36,040 bases of DNA from a virus (taxonomy: Duplodnaviria > Caudoviricetes). The stretch is taken from positions 1-36,040 of IMG/VR virus record IMGVR_UViG_3300016722_000008; one strand, written 5' to 3'. The notes under the pieces are model-generated. The model ran no database searches, had not been told where the DNA came from, and saw only the letters and a program-made list of their open reading frames with translations. Both the position numbers and the translations under genes were made by a program. The stretch's first letter is position 1. Each line of letters begins with the position of its first letter. Shown here piece after piece: positions 16,282 to 27,600 of this stretch.

Positions 16282-17917
16282 CCTCCTTCAATATATACAG
16301 GCTCTTGAGCCTTATTCCGCTGACACGGTCGGAGACGGAACCGGAGTTCTGCCGCAGCCAACCGCTCAGGGGACAGGAACGTCTGGCGCGGTTGGCATTC
16401 CAGCTCTGCCCACGCTGCAGGGCGAGGGGAGCGCAAGCTGGCGGCCGTTTGGCCTCTGCATCCTTCCCTCTCTGCAAGGCACCGGAACGACGAACGGCTA
16501 CCACCCGGCCTGGGGAACGCTGCATCTCCCGGCCCCAACGCCAGAGGGGACAGCCCACACCCATATTGAATCAGTGGACTTCCTGCCGCTGCTTTTTTCC
16601 GAAAGCCACACCGGAGCCGCCGCAGAAGCAAGCCTTCCGTTACCTTCTCCCTACGCCTTGTCGGGGTATAACACACGAGGAAGCGGCCTCTGCGTCCTGC
16701 GCCTCCCCATTGTCTCCTCCTGGGCCTGCTCGCTTGAGAGCCCTCTCAATAACACGATTGCGGTCTCGCGGGTGGTTGCGCTTCTCAACCAGGGAAATGC
16801 CATCCTGAAAGCCCTCGCCGCGCAGCTTACCGAATACGATGCCGACAATGATGCAAAAGCAATTTCCGTCACCTACGCCGTTTCCCATCTCCTGACCTAT
16901 ACCAGCGACACGAGCGGCATCGGCGATAATTGGACCTGCGCCATCGCCACCTGGATGCGGGCCTTTGGCGACTGTGAAGATGGCGCGATTCTCATCCACG
17001 CCTTGCTCCTGGCCGCAGGCGTGCCGGCAGCCCGACTGCGTACGTGCTTTGGCACCGTTGGCGTGGATCGCACAGGGCATGCCTGGACGATCTACCAACG
17101 CGAAAGCGACTGTGAATGGATACCGCTGGAATGGACCGCCGGGCCGATTCCTTGGGACCGTACCGCCCAGGATATCAAGCGGATGCTCGATTTGACCGCC
17201 ACATACACGGGCGTCGAATATCTGCTGACAAGCTCCGACTTCTTTAAAATTGCAAGTCTTTCATATGCACGGTTGCTGATGGTCAACCATGCCCGGGCAT
17301 CGATTGCGGCATTGTTCCCCACAGCGTCCGGCAAGACGAATGTCTCGGCCTCGGCCTCCCTGCATGTCCTGTTGCCAACACTCACAGGCGCGGCCGGGGC
17401 CTGCGGCTCCATGTGTTCGCCGCTGCCACAGATCCTTGCCACAGGTTTGCAGGCCTCTGTGGGGTTCGGCGACTGCACGCTCTCCCATCCTGAAATTTCA
17501 GGATGCCCTGGCGCACAGGGTGTCTGCTCCATGGGCATGGATGTCTTGGGCTGCGGCGGCATTTCAGGCCGCTGTGCTGTGGCCGTTCCGTTCCCTCTGG
17601 CTGTCGCAACGGGAGGGCAGGCCTCGTCGGGACGTGGTGCGTGCACGATAGCCTTCGACGGCGCGGGACGCATGCTGGCCGGCCTGACCGGAGAGGGGGA
17701 TTGCGCCATGCCGCTGCCGCTTTTGCGGGGCACGGACCTCGCGTCCCTCGTCGGGCGCGGCAATTCCCGCATCCCATTGCCGACGGTGGCCGGGCAGGGC
17801 GGAGCGCTTTCTGACGGCAGGGGCCATTGCCGCATCCCCAGGCTGCGAGTGCGGGGCGCAGCCCATACCACGTCAACACCACACATCTGGGAGTTTGTTC
17901 CCGAGAGGTTGTCATGA
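16274..17917 (+). CDS. Tail/fibre protein with Gly-rich repeats and an inserted transglutaminase-like cysteine-peptidase domain
   Basis: LPxxxGxG-type repeats flank a central domain with GDCEDGAIL, GHAW and WIPLE (Cys-His-acid triad). Confidence 0.7.
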   Translation: MANLLQYIQALEPYSADTVGDGTGVLPQPTAQGTGTSGAVGIPALPTLQGEGSASWRPFGLCILPSLQGTGTTNGYHPAWGTLHLPAPTPEGTAHTHIESVDFLPLLFSESHTGAAAEASLPLPSPYALSGYNTRGSGLCVLRLPIVSSWACSLESPLNNTIAVSRVVALLNQGNAILKALAAQLTEYDADNDAKAISVTYAVSHLLTYTSDTSGIGDNWTCAIATWMRAFGDCEDGAILIHALLLAAGVPAARLRTCFGTVGVDRTGHAWTIYQRESDCEWIPLEWTAGPIPWDRTAQDIKRMLDLTATYTGVEYLLTSSDFFKIASLSYARLLMVNHARASIAALFPTASGKTNVSASASLHVLLPTLTGAAGACGSMCSPLPQILATGLQASVGFGDCTLSHPEISGCPGAQGVCSMGMDVLGCGGISGRCAVAVPFPLAVATGGQASSGRGACTIAFDGAGRMLAGLTGEGDCAMPLPLLRGTDLASLVGRGNSRIPLPTVAGQGGALSDGRGHCRIPRLRVRGAAHTTSTPHIWEFVPERLS

Positions 17918-18375
17918 GCGGATTGGCCCTTTCCATGGCTCTGGATGGCGGACAGGCCGTCAGCCAATATCTTGATTGGCCGTTCGACGGATTTTTTACG
18001 CTGGACGGCGAGACGTACGGCGTCTCTGAAACCGGCCTGTACCGGATCGGCGGCCAGGCGGCAGACACGCCGTCCCTGTCCCTTATCCGGTTGCCGGCGA
18101 CAGATGGCGGCCGGCCGGGGGAATCCCGGCTCGAATGCGTGGAAATTGGCGGCCGCCTGCCGGAAGGTCTGACCATGCGGGTCTGGTACGACGGCATCCT
18201 CAAGGGCACATACGAAGCCCCAAACAGCCAGGCCGGTCAGCATACCATCTATGTCGGTCGGAATTGTTGCGGCCGGTATCTCGAATTGGAGTTCGTTGCC
18301 CACGGCGAACATTTTGAAATCATGTCCATCATGGCCGAATGCCAGGAACTTGGCCGCAGACGCGGGCGGAGGTAG
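17914..18375 (+). CDS. Tail structural protein
   Basis: ATGA overlap at 17914; AVSQY..WPFDGF...GLYRIGG and GR...GRYLE patterns; beta-rich. Confidence 0.6.
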   Translation: MSGLALSMALDGGQAVSQYLDWPFDGFFTLDGETYGVSETGLYRIGGQAADTPSLSLIRLPATDGGRPGESRLECVEIGGRLPEGLTMRVWYDGILKGTYEAPNSQAGQHTIYVGRNCCGRYLELEFVAHGEHFEIMSIMAECQELGRRRGRR

Positions 18376-18377
18376 CT

Positions 18378-20276
18378 ATGGCGTCGGAAGGATTTTTGGA
18401 TACCGACAAAGCCTCGGGTGTCGTCACCAATTTGCTGACCACCCTCCAGGCGCTTGGAGCCTCTCTGACGACCAGCGCCCAGTCCGCAATCGGACAGCTG
18501 GCGGTCGGAACAAACCTGACAGCTCCTTTTGTGGCCATGCCGACTGCTCCGGCCAGTCCAGGCCTCGCATCCCTGCCGGAGGCTCCGGGGCTCTCGGCTG
18601 CGGCCATGCCGTCTGTTGCGCCACCGGAGGCTCCTGGCCTCGAAAGCCTGGATTTGCCGGATGTCCCGATACCATCTTTCACGGCCGTCGCCCCAGAAGT
18701 GACCATTCCGGGGGCCCCGGAACTGACCTACCCGGCCGCGCCGGGCGACGCGCCGTCGGTTCCCGGCGTGGACATGCCGGCCGATCCAGGCGTGGCGCTG
18801 CCGGATCCGCCAACGTTGGCCGCTGTGACAATTCCGGATTTTGCCGGAATGGTCCTGCCCGGGTTCTCCGGCACCCAGCCGGAAGAGCCCGCTCTTGAAG
18901 CCCCTGGCCGGGTGTTCGCCTATTCCGCCGGCGTTTTTGAAAATCCTCTGCAACGGACGCTTGAGGAACAGATCTATGCCGACGTGTTGGCCGGCGGCAA
19001 CATCGAAGCCATCGAGGGCATTACGGCCGCCCTGGCGGAAGTCGAGGCCGTCAACCTGCGCATCCTGCGTCAAAAGAAAACGGCCATATGGGATGCGGCA
19101 GCGGCGCGGGGCCAGGATGCCATCTCGGGCCCGGATCTGGAGCGGGAACGACTGGCGGAGTTGGAATATGCGGACAACGTGCGGGAGTCCGCCGCCAAAC
19201 TGGTGACGGAAAAATGCCGGATGACCATGGAATACCGGCAGTTTCTTCTGGATAAGGGCGTCAATTACATCGGGCTGTTGTTAACGGCCTTCAATGAAGC
19301 GGCCACCCGGGGACTGGAAGCCGCCAAGGCGGCAGCCGAGCTGCAATACAGAAACTGCGAAATCCAGGTGCAGATCCACAACGTCAGACTGGCCCGATAT
19401 CAGGCTGACATCGCGCTTTGGGAAACCCAGTTCAAGGCGGCCCAGCTCGCCCTGGAAGAACGCAAAACCGCATTGGAGGCGGCACGCGTCCGGGGCGAAC
19501 TTCGGAAACAGGATGTCGATGTCTATGTGGCCCAATGTCAGGCCCAGCTGACCGTGGTCGAAGTGTTCAAGGCGCGGGTGCAGGCGGCCATCGCCACGCT
19601 GCAGGGACAGGTCGAACAGGTCCATGCCTATGAGGCCAGGACCAAGGCGTATGAAACGGGCGTCAACGCCCAGGTCGCCAAGCTCAATGCCTACATTGCC
19701 CAGATAGGCGCGCAAAAAGCCAAAGTCGAAATTTTTGTCGAACAGGCCAGGGCGTTTGCCGAGCAAGTGGCCGCTTCAAAAGCGGCGGCGGATATCGGCG
19801 TGGCCCGGGCCGGCATCGTCAACGAACGCAATGCCTCTGCCGTGAAGATCTTTGCGGCCACGATCGACCGCTACAGGGCGGATGTGCAGCAGGCCATCGC
19901 GGCAGTCGAGGCTGTCCAGAAAATGGCCCAGACGAACGCCCAGATCTATGAGGCCAACGTCCGGGGCGTGTCAGCCGAAAATGAAGCGCGCCGCGGCATC
20001 GCCGCGCTTGATGTGCAGATGTTCGGACACAAGCTGACGGCGGCCGTGGAACAAGCCAAAATCAATCTGGACTGCATCGTCCGGGCGGCAACGCTGAACG
20101 AGGAATCCATAAAGGCGGCCGGCTCTATCGCCGCCCAGGTCGCCGCCTCTGCCTTGTCCGGGGTGCATGGCACGGCCAGCATCGGGTTCAGCGGCAGCAA
20201 CAGCAATAACAGTGGGTATTCGGTTGGCGTTTCCACTTCAACCAACACATCCGATATCACGACGCACAACAGTTAG
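18378..20276 (+). CDS. Putative internal virion/ejection protein (Pro-rich spacer, long coiled coil, Ser/Thr-rich tip)
   Basis: SD GGAGG, ATG 18378; three compositionally distinct segments; located just before the other ejection-type genes. Confidence 0.65.
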   Translation: MASEGFLDTDKASGVVTNLLTTLQALGASLTTSAQSAIGQLAVGTNLTAPFVAMPTAPASPGLASLPEAPGLSAAAMPSVAPPEAPGLESLDLPDVPIPSFTAVAPEVTIPGAPELTYPAAPGDAPSVPGVDMPADPGVALPDPPTLAAVTIPDFAGMVLPGFSGTQPEEPALEAPGRVFAYSAGVFENPLQRTLEEQIYADVLAGGNIEAIEGITAALAEVEAVNLRILRQKKTAIWDAAAARGQDAISGPDLERERLAELEYADNVRESAAKLVTEKCRMTMEYRQFLLDKGVNYIGLLLTAFNEAATRGLEAAKAAAELQYRNCEIQVQIHNVRLARYQADIALWETQFKAAQLALEERKTALEAARVRGELRKQDVDVYVAQCQAQLTVVEVFKARVQAAIATLQGQVEQVHAYEARTKAYETGVNAQVAKLNAYIAQIGAQKAKVEIFVEQARAFAEQVAASKAAADIGVARAGIVNERNASAVKIFAATIDRYRADVQQAIAAVEAVQKMAQTNAQIYEANVRGVSAENEARRGIAALDVQMFGHKLTAAVEQAKINLDCIVRAATLNEESIKAAGSIAAQVAASALSGVHGTASIGFSGSNSNNSGYSVGVSTSTNTSDITTHNS

Positions 20277-20284
20277 AGGGCCGC

Positions 20285-21628
20285 ATGGATAACTTTCTTT
20301 CACGGTATCCCCTTATTCGGGAAATGGACGCAGAAAGTGACCCGGATACACGGATAAATATCCGGGAACGTCGGCGGTTGGACACCGAGGCGACAACCGG
20401 ACAGTTGGCGGCCAAGCCGGCACAGTATCTTTCGCTGGACGAGCGGGCCGCGTTGGACCGGCAACGTGTCGCGGCGGAGGCCGAGCGGGCGGCCCGGGAG
20501 AGAATGAGAACCGAAGAGCTGACCCGGGCCGCGAGTACGGCGGCCAGCCGGGCCAATCCCTACGGATCCTGGCGGGAGTCGGCGGATAAGCTGGATGCAA
20601 CCGCCAACAATTGGAATCAGGACACCACCACCCGGGCGGCGGCCCTGGAGGCCAGAAATAATCTCTATTTCAACAGCGGTTCCAACGACGCCATGGCCCG
20701 GCGCATCGACCAGGCCAATGACCCGGCGTCACGCTTTGCGGCCGCAGACGCGGCACAACGCAAGGAATGGGCCGATACCATCCTTGCCGCAGATAAGGAT
20801 GGTCTGGTCCCCGGGGTCGAAAAGGCGGCGGCGGCGATCCGACAACAACGCGTCGATGCCGCCCGGCAGGGGTTGGGACTTCCTTCTGAAGCAGCGAATG
20901 ACATGGCCGCCTCGCACCACGTTGAAACCAGACCACGGTCGAACGAAGTGGCGGAATTTTTTGTTCCGCCCCGAGCGGGAAATACTCCAACTCCCGGTCA
21001 GTCCTCAGGCGTTCCCCCGAGCGCCGGACAACCCGGACAGTCGGGGAACTGGAGACCATCCACGGAATCCGGGCAGCCTGTCGGCGTTTCCTCTCCATCG
21101 GCTGCGGCGGGCGATGACCTGGGGCTTCTGCGCTGGTCGGCGGCCCAAAACAAAACCCCGATGGACAAGGTCAACAATTATCTCGTGAACACGGCAGGCA
21201 CGGCCATGGGCTCCGCCTGGAACTCCGCCAAAACCGCCGCCGGGGCTGTGGGCGATTTTATAAAGCCTGACGTTGACGCGGCCCGGGCCGGTGTCGATTG
21301 GGCCGTCAATCGACCGCAGACGCCGGCCGCACCCGAAACGGAAGCCGTCGCGAATGCCCTCGGAGAGGGGTGGCGCACCGCGATGGATGCAGGACAACTG
21401 GTCGGCGTCATCCCGGCAGTCGGTGGCCCCCGGAGCAAACTGGGACAGGCTGTCGCGCAAAAAGTTGGCCAAATGACCCGTCCCGTCGTCGATGTGGCTT
21501 CGCAAATCGGACGCAACGCCAGCCGGGCGTTCCAGGGGCTGCCCACATACGTGGAAGAAGAGGGCGGATCGGGGACGGACTGGCGGGGTGACGATCAGGC
21601 CAAACGTCGGGAGATGGGGGCGTACTGA
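20285..21628 (+). CDS. Putative internal virion/ejection protein
   Basis: 447 aa, Ala/Gln/Arg-rich helical and disordered; TGATG-coupled to the giant gene. Confidence 0.6.
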   Translation: MDNFLSRYPLIREMDAESDPDTRINIRERRRLDTEATTGQLAAKPAQYLSLDERAALDRQRVAAEAERAARERMRTEELTRAASTAASRANPYGSWRESADKLDATANNWNQDTTTRAAALEARNNLYFNSGSNDAMARRIDQANDPASRFAAADAAQRKEWADTILAADKDGLVPGVEKAAAAIRQQRVDAARQGLGLPSEAANDMAASHHVETRPRSNEVAEFFVPPRAGNTPTPGQSSGVPPSAGQPGQSGNWRPSTESGQPVGVSSPSAAAGDDLGLLRWSAAQNKTPMDKVNNYLVNTAGTAMGSAWNSAKTAAGAVGDFIKPDVDAARAGVDWAVNRPQTPAAPETEAVANALGEGWRTAMDAGQLVGVIPAVGGPRSKLGQAVAQKVGQMTRPVVDVASQIGRNASRAFQGLPTYVEEEGGSGTDWRGDDQAKRREMGAY

Positions 21629-24600
21629 TGCCGATTGATCTTGCGAACTATCGGGACGAACACCGGGACAACTACGGCGATGCCAGCCTGGACGACGTCG
21701 CACAGGATCTGTACGTCCGATCCGGTTCGGCCGCCGCCGGCACGCGGTTCGAGGACTTCGCCAATGCCCACGGCCTGGGCAGCCAGCTCGGCCAGACAAA
21801 GCAGGAGGGCGGGCAGCCTGTCGCACCCCAACCCCAGGCAGGCGATGCGTCCTGGCTGGGGCGACGCTGGAACGATGCCAAGGTCGCCGGCAAGGTTATT
21901 GGCCAGGGGTTGTATTCAGCCGCTGCCGACGTACTGCCCAAAACCGTTGCCGAAGTCTGGCGCGGCGGAGACGTGCCTCTGCACGCCGAAGAAACGGCAG
22001 CCGGTCAGGAAATCGCCGCCCAGCAAAAAGACCTGGAACGATGGAATCTGCCTCCGGAAGAGGCCAACCGGGATTTGTTTGGCCTGGTCAAAGCCAAGGA
22101 TGTGCAGGAAGGCTTGCAAAACCTTGGATATAGCGCCGGTTCCATGGTTGCCGGCATGGGGGCCGGGGCGGCGGCCGGATCCGTAGTCCCTGGCGCGGGC
22201 ACCCTGGCCGGAGCTGTTGGCGGAGCGCTCGGAGCCGGATTGGCTGGCGGCGCGGTCGGCTACCGGGCCACCAAGGATCAATTCATTGAAAGCATGCGGC
22301 AAAAGCTGCTGCAAGCGAACCCCAACCTTTCCGAAGAAAAATGGAACGAGACAAAGGCCGCCCTCGATAAGGACGCCTCATTGTACGCCATGTGGGAGGC
22401 TATTCCCGAGGCCGTCGGGGATGCACTGACCATGGGCATTCTCAAAACACCGGCGGGCAATCTGATCAAGTCGGTGCCGTTTATAAAAAATGGCATTACC
22501 CGGACGTTGGCCAAGGCCGGGGTGAAGGCCGGGCTGGATATCCCCGTGGAATTGGGAACAGAGGCCTGGACCCAACATGAACAGGGAGCCCTGGAAGCCC
22601 AACACGGATTGCGGGATCAAGCCCCGACATGGCGGGAAGCCTTTGACGAGGTCGCCCCGCAAACCACGGTCATGTCCCTGGCCACGATGGGGCTGGGGGG
22701 TGCGGCCGAACATTTTTCCCCCCATACCCGGGCCATCCGGCGTGACACGCGCACAATCAGCGAAGGCGTGCAGGCCGGGGCGCATCGCGATCTGTCCGAC
22801 GAGGATTTACAGCAGGTCTATACTGCGGCCGATGCCCTGTTCCGGGAAAACCCCGGCATCCCAACCCGGGATGCCTTGTTGGAATTGAATGCCGAGCAGC
22901 TTCGCCGACAGAATGCGGCACGTGGTTTTCCGCTCAATGCATTTCTGGCCGACGAGAACCAGCCGGGCGAGGCTGTTGAAACACCACCCCCTGCGCCCCA
23001 GGAGCCCGTGGCTACGACAGCCGAAACACTTCAGGGGCAAGGGATAACAACTGAAACGGAGGCCGTGCCCGGTCCGGACCGGGCGGCCGAACTGGCGGGG
23101 TTGTCCAAGAACAAACTCAATGCATTGGCCATGAATCTGGGCATTGAGAAGCCGGGACGCATCAAGCGGGATGCTCTGGTGGCGTCCGTGCTTGAGGCCG
23201 AGGAAGCGGCCCGAAAGTGGAATGAGCCGGACAACGTGGAAGCCCGTTACCGCGAAACCCATGCCGCCCCGTTCCCGGGACGGTTGGACGATTTTCTGTT
23301 CCAGGTCGCGCCGGTCGCCCCGGAAGTCGTAGCGCCTGGAGCATCCCAGGAAGCGCCGCCTGCCGCCGCGCCCACGGGCCGGCGGGCGCATAGTCGCAAT
23401 CTGACGCAGCCCGTGGCCACGGAAGCGGCCACCGAAGCCCTGGCGTCGGCCACGGGTGAAGTTCCGCTGGTGGAAGCCGGCGCTGAACCGGCCGTGTCCG
23501 AGGCGCAGGCCCCTTCCCCTGTCCCCCCATCCCGGCCGGCCCTGGTGGAGCAGACGCCGGAAGGCGCGTTGCCGACAGGCGAGGTGCCGTTGGTGGAGGC
23601 GGGGAGGGAGGCCGAAGTTCTCAACGAACAGCCGGCAAACGTCCCCAAAACCGAGGCGACTGTAAACGAAGCGGGCAATTCGCTCAACGAAACGCCACCA
23701 ACGGCGCAGCCGACCGAAGATCCGGCCGCCAAATCCAGGCGCGGGTTGAATGATCTGGCTGCGTCCCTTGGTGTGAAGCGGCCCGGAGCCATTCGGCGCG
23801 AGGACCTGGTGGGCCGCATCGAGCAGGCCCGGCAGGAGGAGACGGCCCAGGGGCAACCGGAAGCCTCGATAGGACAGACGCCGGCAACGGCAGGGCCGCA
23901 GACGAAACAGGCGCGGCCGTGGCTGCGGGAGACCGGCGAAAAAGCCACTGTGGGGGCGCTGCTGCGCGCTGATGACCACATGGTGGCGCGCAAGCCCGTT
24001 GAAGGCCGGGTGGTCCATTTCGAGATCCCGGGGCTTGAGGACATCGGTTTCGTGGCCCACCCCGACCTCAACGGCGGCAAGGGCTGGACGGTCACGGAAA
24101 CACAGTCCGGAACCACCGCCGTGACCGGAGCTGCGTCCGAGCAAGAGGCGCTTAAGGCCGTCCATGACCGGCTGGCCGGCTTTGACGCCGAGCGATTTCG
24201 CGTCAACCGGGAGGACCTGGTGTCCCGGTTCGGGAGTGCTGTGCAGACGACGCCGGCGCAGTCGGTCGCCAAACCGCAGGAGCAGCCGACGCAGGCTGTG
24301 CCGGAAAAGTCTCCAGCCGGCCAGGAAGGTCCTCGCTACGCCATGTCACTCCGGGAGACGACGCACGCCAAGAAGGGGCATCCGCTCTATGTCGTGACCC
24401 TGGATGAACACACGTCACGAGAGGACTATGAAAAGCTCAAGTATGAATTTAACAAACTCGGAGGGTATTGGTCGCGCTACAAAGGCAGGGGGGCGATACC
24501 GGGCGTCCAGTTCGAGGACAGGGCCAAGGCCGAGGCGTTTGTGGAGCGGTTCGGCAAAAAGCCGGCAGCTCCGGAGACGGCCACGGAACAGGTTCCCGCG

Positions 24601-27600
24601 CCGGTCAAGGAGGCCCGGCCGTCTTCACCGCAACCGGAACAGGCCACGGACAAGCCTCTTGGTGTCAACAATCAGGGCAACCAGGTCTTCGAAGACGAAC
24701 GCGGCAATCGTTTTGTGCGCGAAGGGAACGTCCGCATCGAGGCCCCGGTTTCGGTCCGACCGACCCGGGCCGGCGTGGTGGCCGAGGCGCATGGAGCGGA
24801 GCAGCTTCACCGGGACGGACACCGGGAATTTTTGACCAAGGACGAGTTGGCGAGGTTTGAGAAACCGGAAGCCTCGACACCGGCTGGCGAAGACATTATT
24901 TTCGACAAGGAAGACCAAGGAGCGCGCGATGCAGGAAGTGCACACCCTGACCGATCCCGACCGGATGTGGGACTGGAAGGCCCATCTGACCTGGCTCCTG
25001 GAGAACAAGCCCCAGGAGACCTGGGCAACGTTCCAGGCGAATCCGGACGAACTGAAGGAAGCCATCGACCGGAAGACACTGCAGTCCGCCAACGTCCAGT
25101 TCGGCCTCAAAGCCCGGAATCTCCCGGAGGACGCGATTCAGGAGGCGATGCTGGCGGTGGTCGCTCCGTCGGACGGCCCGGCCCTGAACGCGGAGAATCC
25201 GCCCGAGCCGCTGCCCCCGCAAAAGGAACACCGGATATGGGCGTGGTGGGAGGACCTGCCGCCCCGAAAGATCACGGTTCTTCCGGACGGGACCTATCGC
25301 GAGACCATAACCACCGCATAGCCCCCGACGACGTGCTGGTGCCCGGCGGCAACGCCACCCGGGCCAAGGCCAATCTCGCCGCTGTCCGGCTTCTCAAGGA
25401 GCTGGAGGCGCAAAACCGTCTCCCCACGCCCCAGGAACGCAAGGTTCTGGCCCAATTCTCGGGCTGGGGCTCCCTGGCCGAAGAGGTCTTCAAGGCCGAT
25501 TTCGAGAATCTCGCCAACCAGTATGGAGGCGAGGATCTGCCATATCACGCCCGCCTGCGCAATGAGGCGATCCTGGACAAGTACGCTGCCTGGAAGCGCA
25601 GGTACGGCGAACTCCATCCCAACATCGGCGGTCTCTTCTCCAAGGAAGAGTGGGACGCGGCCAAGCGGTCGACGTTAAACGCCCACTACACCGACCGGGA
25701 TGTGATCACGGCCATGTGGGACATGGTCCAGCATATGGGCTTTACCGGCGGCCAAGTGGTGGAGCCGGCCGCCGGCATCGGCCATTTCTTTGGCCTCATG
25801 CCCGAAAACCTGGCCGTCGCCTCCCACCTCAAGGGCGTGGAGCTGGATTCCGTCACCGGCCGGATGCTTGAAAAGCTCTATCCCGCCGCCGACATCCAGG
25901 TCACCGGATTCCAGGATGCCAAGCGCATGGGGAACAACACAGCCGATCTGGTCATCTCCAACGTTCCCTTCGGCGACTTCCCGGTCTACGACAAGGCCCA
26001 CAAGGACTATTCCGGCTGGAGCATCCACAACTACTTCCTGGCCAGGGCCCTGGACGTGGTGCGGCCCGGCGGCCTGGTCGCGGCCATCACCTCGCACTAC
26101 ACCATGGACACGACCCGGTGGGGCAGGGTCCGCGAGTACCTGGCCGGCAAGGCGGACCTGGTGGGCGCGATCCGCTTGCCCGGCACGGCCTTTGCCAAGA
26201 ACGCCGGCACCGACGTCACAACCGACATCCTGATCCTGCGCAAAAAGGACGGCCGGCCCTTTGAAGGCCAGCCCTGGCGGCAGGTGGAAAAGGTGGAGAC
26301 GCCCGAGGGACAGGCCGGGGTCAACGAATACTTCGTGGCCCATCCGGAAATGGTGCTCGGCAGGCATTCCCTGACCGGTTCCATGCACGGTGGCCTCGAA
26401 TACACGGTGCTGCCGGACAAGGCCCAGCCCCTTATCAAGCAGGTGCGGGAGGCCGTGGCACAGCTGCCCGTGGACATCATGGGCGAAGGGGCGGCCACCC
26501 AGCCGAAGCCGCTGCCCCAGGCCCTTGGCGAACGGGCCGACGCAGACATGCGGGAAGGGACCCTTGTCGTCCGGGACGGCAAGGTCTTTGCCGTGGAGGA
26601 CGGTCGGCTCTCCCGGCCGGAATGGCAGGACGGAAAGCTGGCCGAGTCCCGAACGGCCATCGCCCGCCAGTATGTCGGCGTCAAGACGGCCGCCCAGGAC
26701 TTGGTCCGGGCTATGCTGTCCGAAGAGGCGACCGATGCGGACATTGCCGCGAAACAGAACGAGCTTGGCCGGTTGTACGATGCCTTTGTCAAGAAGCACG
26801 GGCCGTTCCTCGACAACCGCAAGCTGACCTTTCTTCGCGATGACGTCGAATATCCCAACGTCCTGGCCCTGGAAAAGAAGGAAGAGCAAGTTGTCAGTGG
26901 TGACAAAAATGTGGTCGTCACCAAGGCCGACATCTTTACCAAGCGGACCATCCGGCCTTTTGCCGAGCCCAGGACGGCCGCCTCGGCCGAGGATGCCGTC
27001 AAGATAAGCCTGCTCTACCGGGGCAATGTGGACGCCGCCAAAATCGGCGAGCTGCTCGGCCTGCCGGAGGCCGAAGCCAGACGCCAGCTCCTGGAGACCG
27101 GGGCGGCTTATGAAAACCCGGAGACGGGGTTGCTCGAAACGCCGCAGGAATATCTGTCCGGCAACGTGCGCCAAAAGCTCCAGGTCGCCAGGGACAGCGC
27201 GGAAAGCAATCCGGACTACAAACGCAACCTGGATGCCCTGGAGGCGGTGCAGCCGCCCAAAAAGCCCGTCAGCCGCATCGACGCCCGCCTGGGCGCAACC
27301 TGGATTCCCGACAGCGTGGTGTCCGCCTTCATGGAGCGCATGGGCGTCCGTTGGGGCAAGGCGGTCCAGACGCGCACCCGGGCCGGCGAGGACGGCCTTT
27401 CCTCCTGGGACGTCAAGGGGTCCCTGACCCAGGAGGCCCAAAACCGCTGGACCGTGGGCGACACAAACCTCCTCGACATCCTTAAGGATTCGCTGAACCT
27501 CAAGCTGTCCAAGGCCTACAAGTACCTGCCGGACGGCAAGGGCGGCCGCGACCGCGTGGTGGACCAGGAAGGGACGCTGCTCGTTCAGGAAAAGCAGAAG

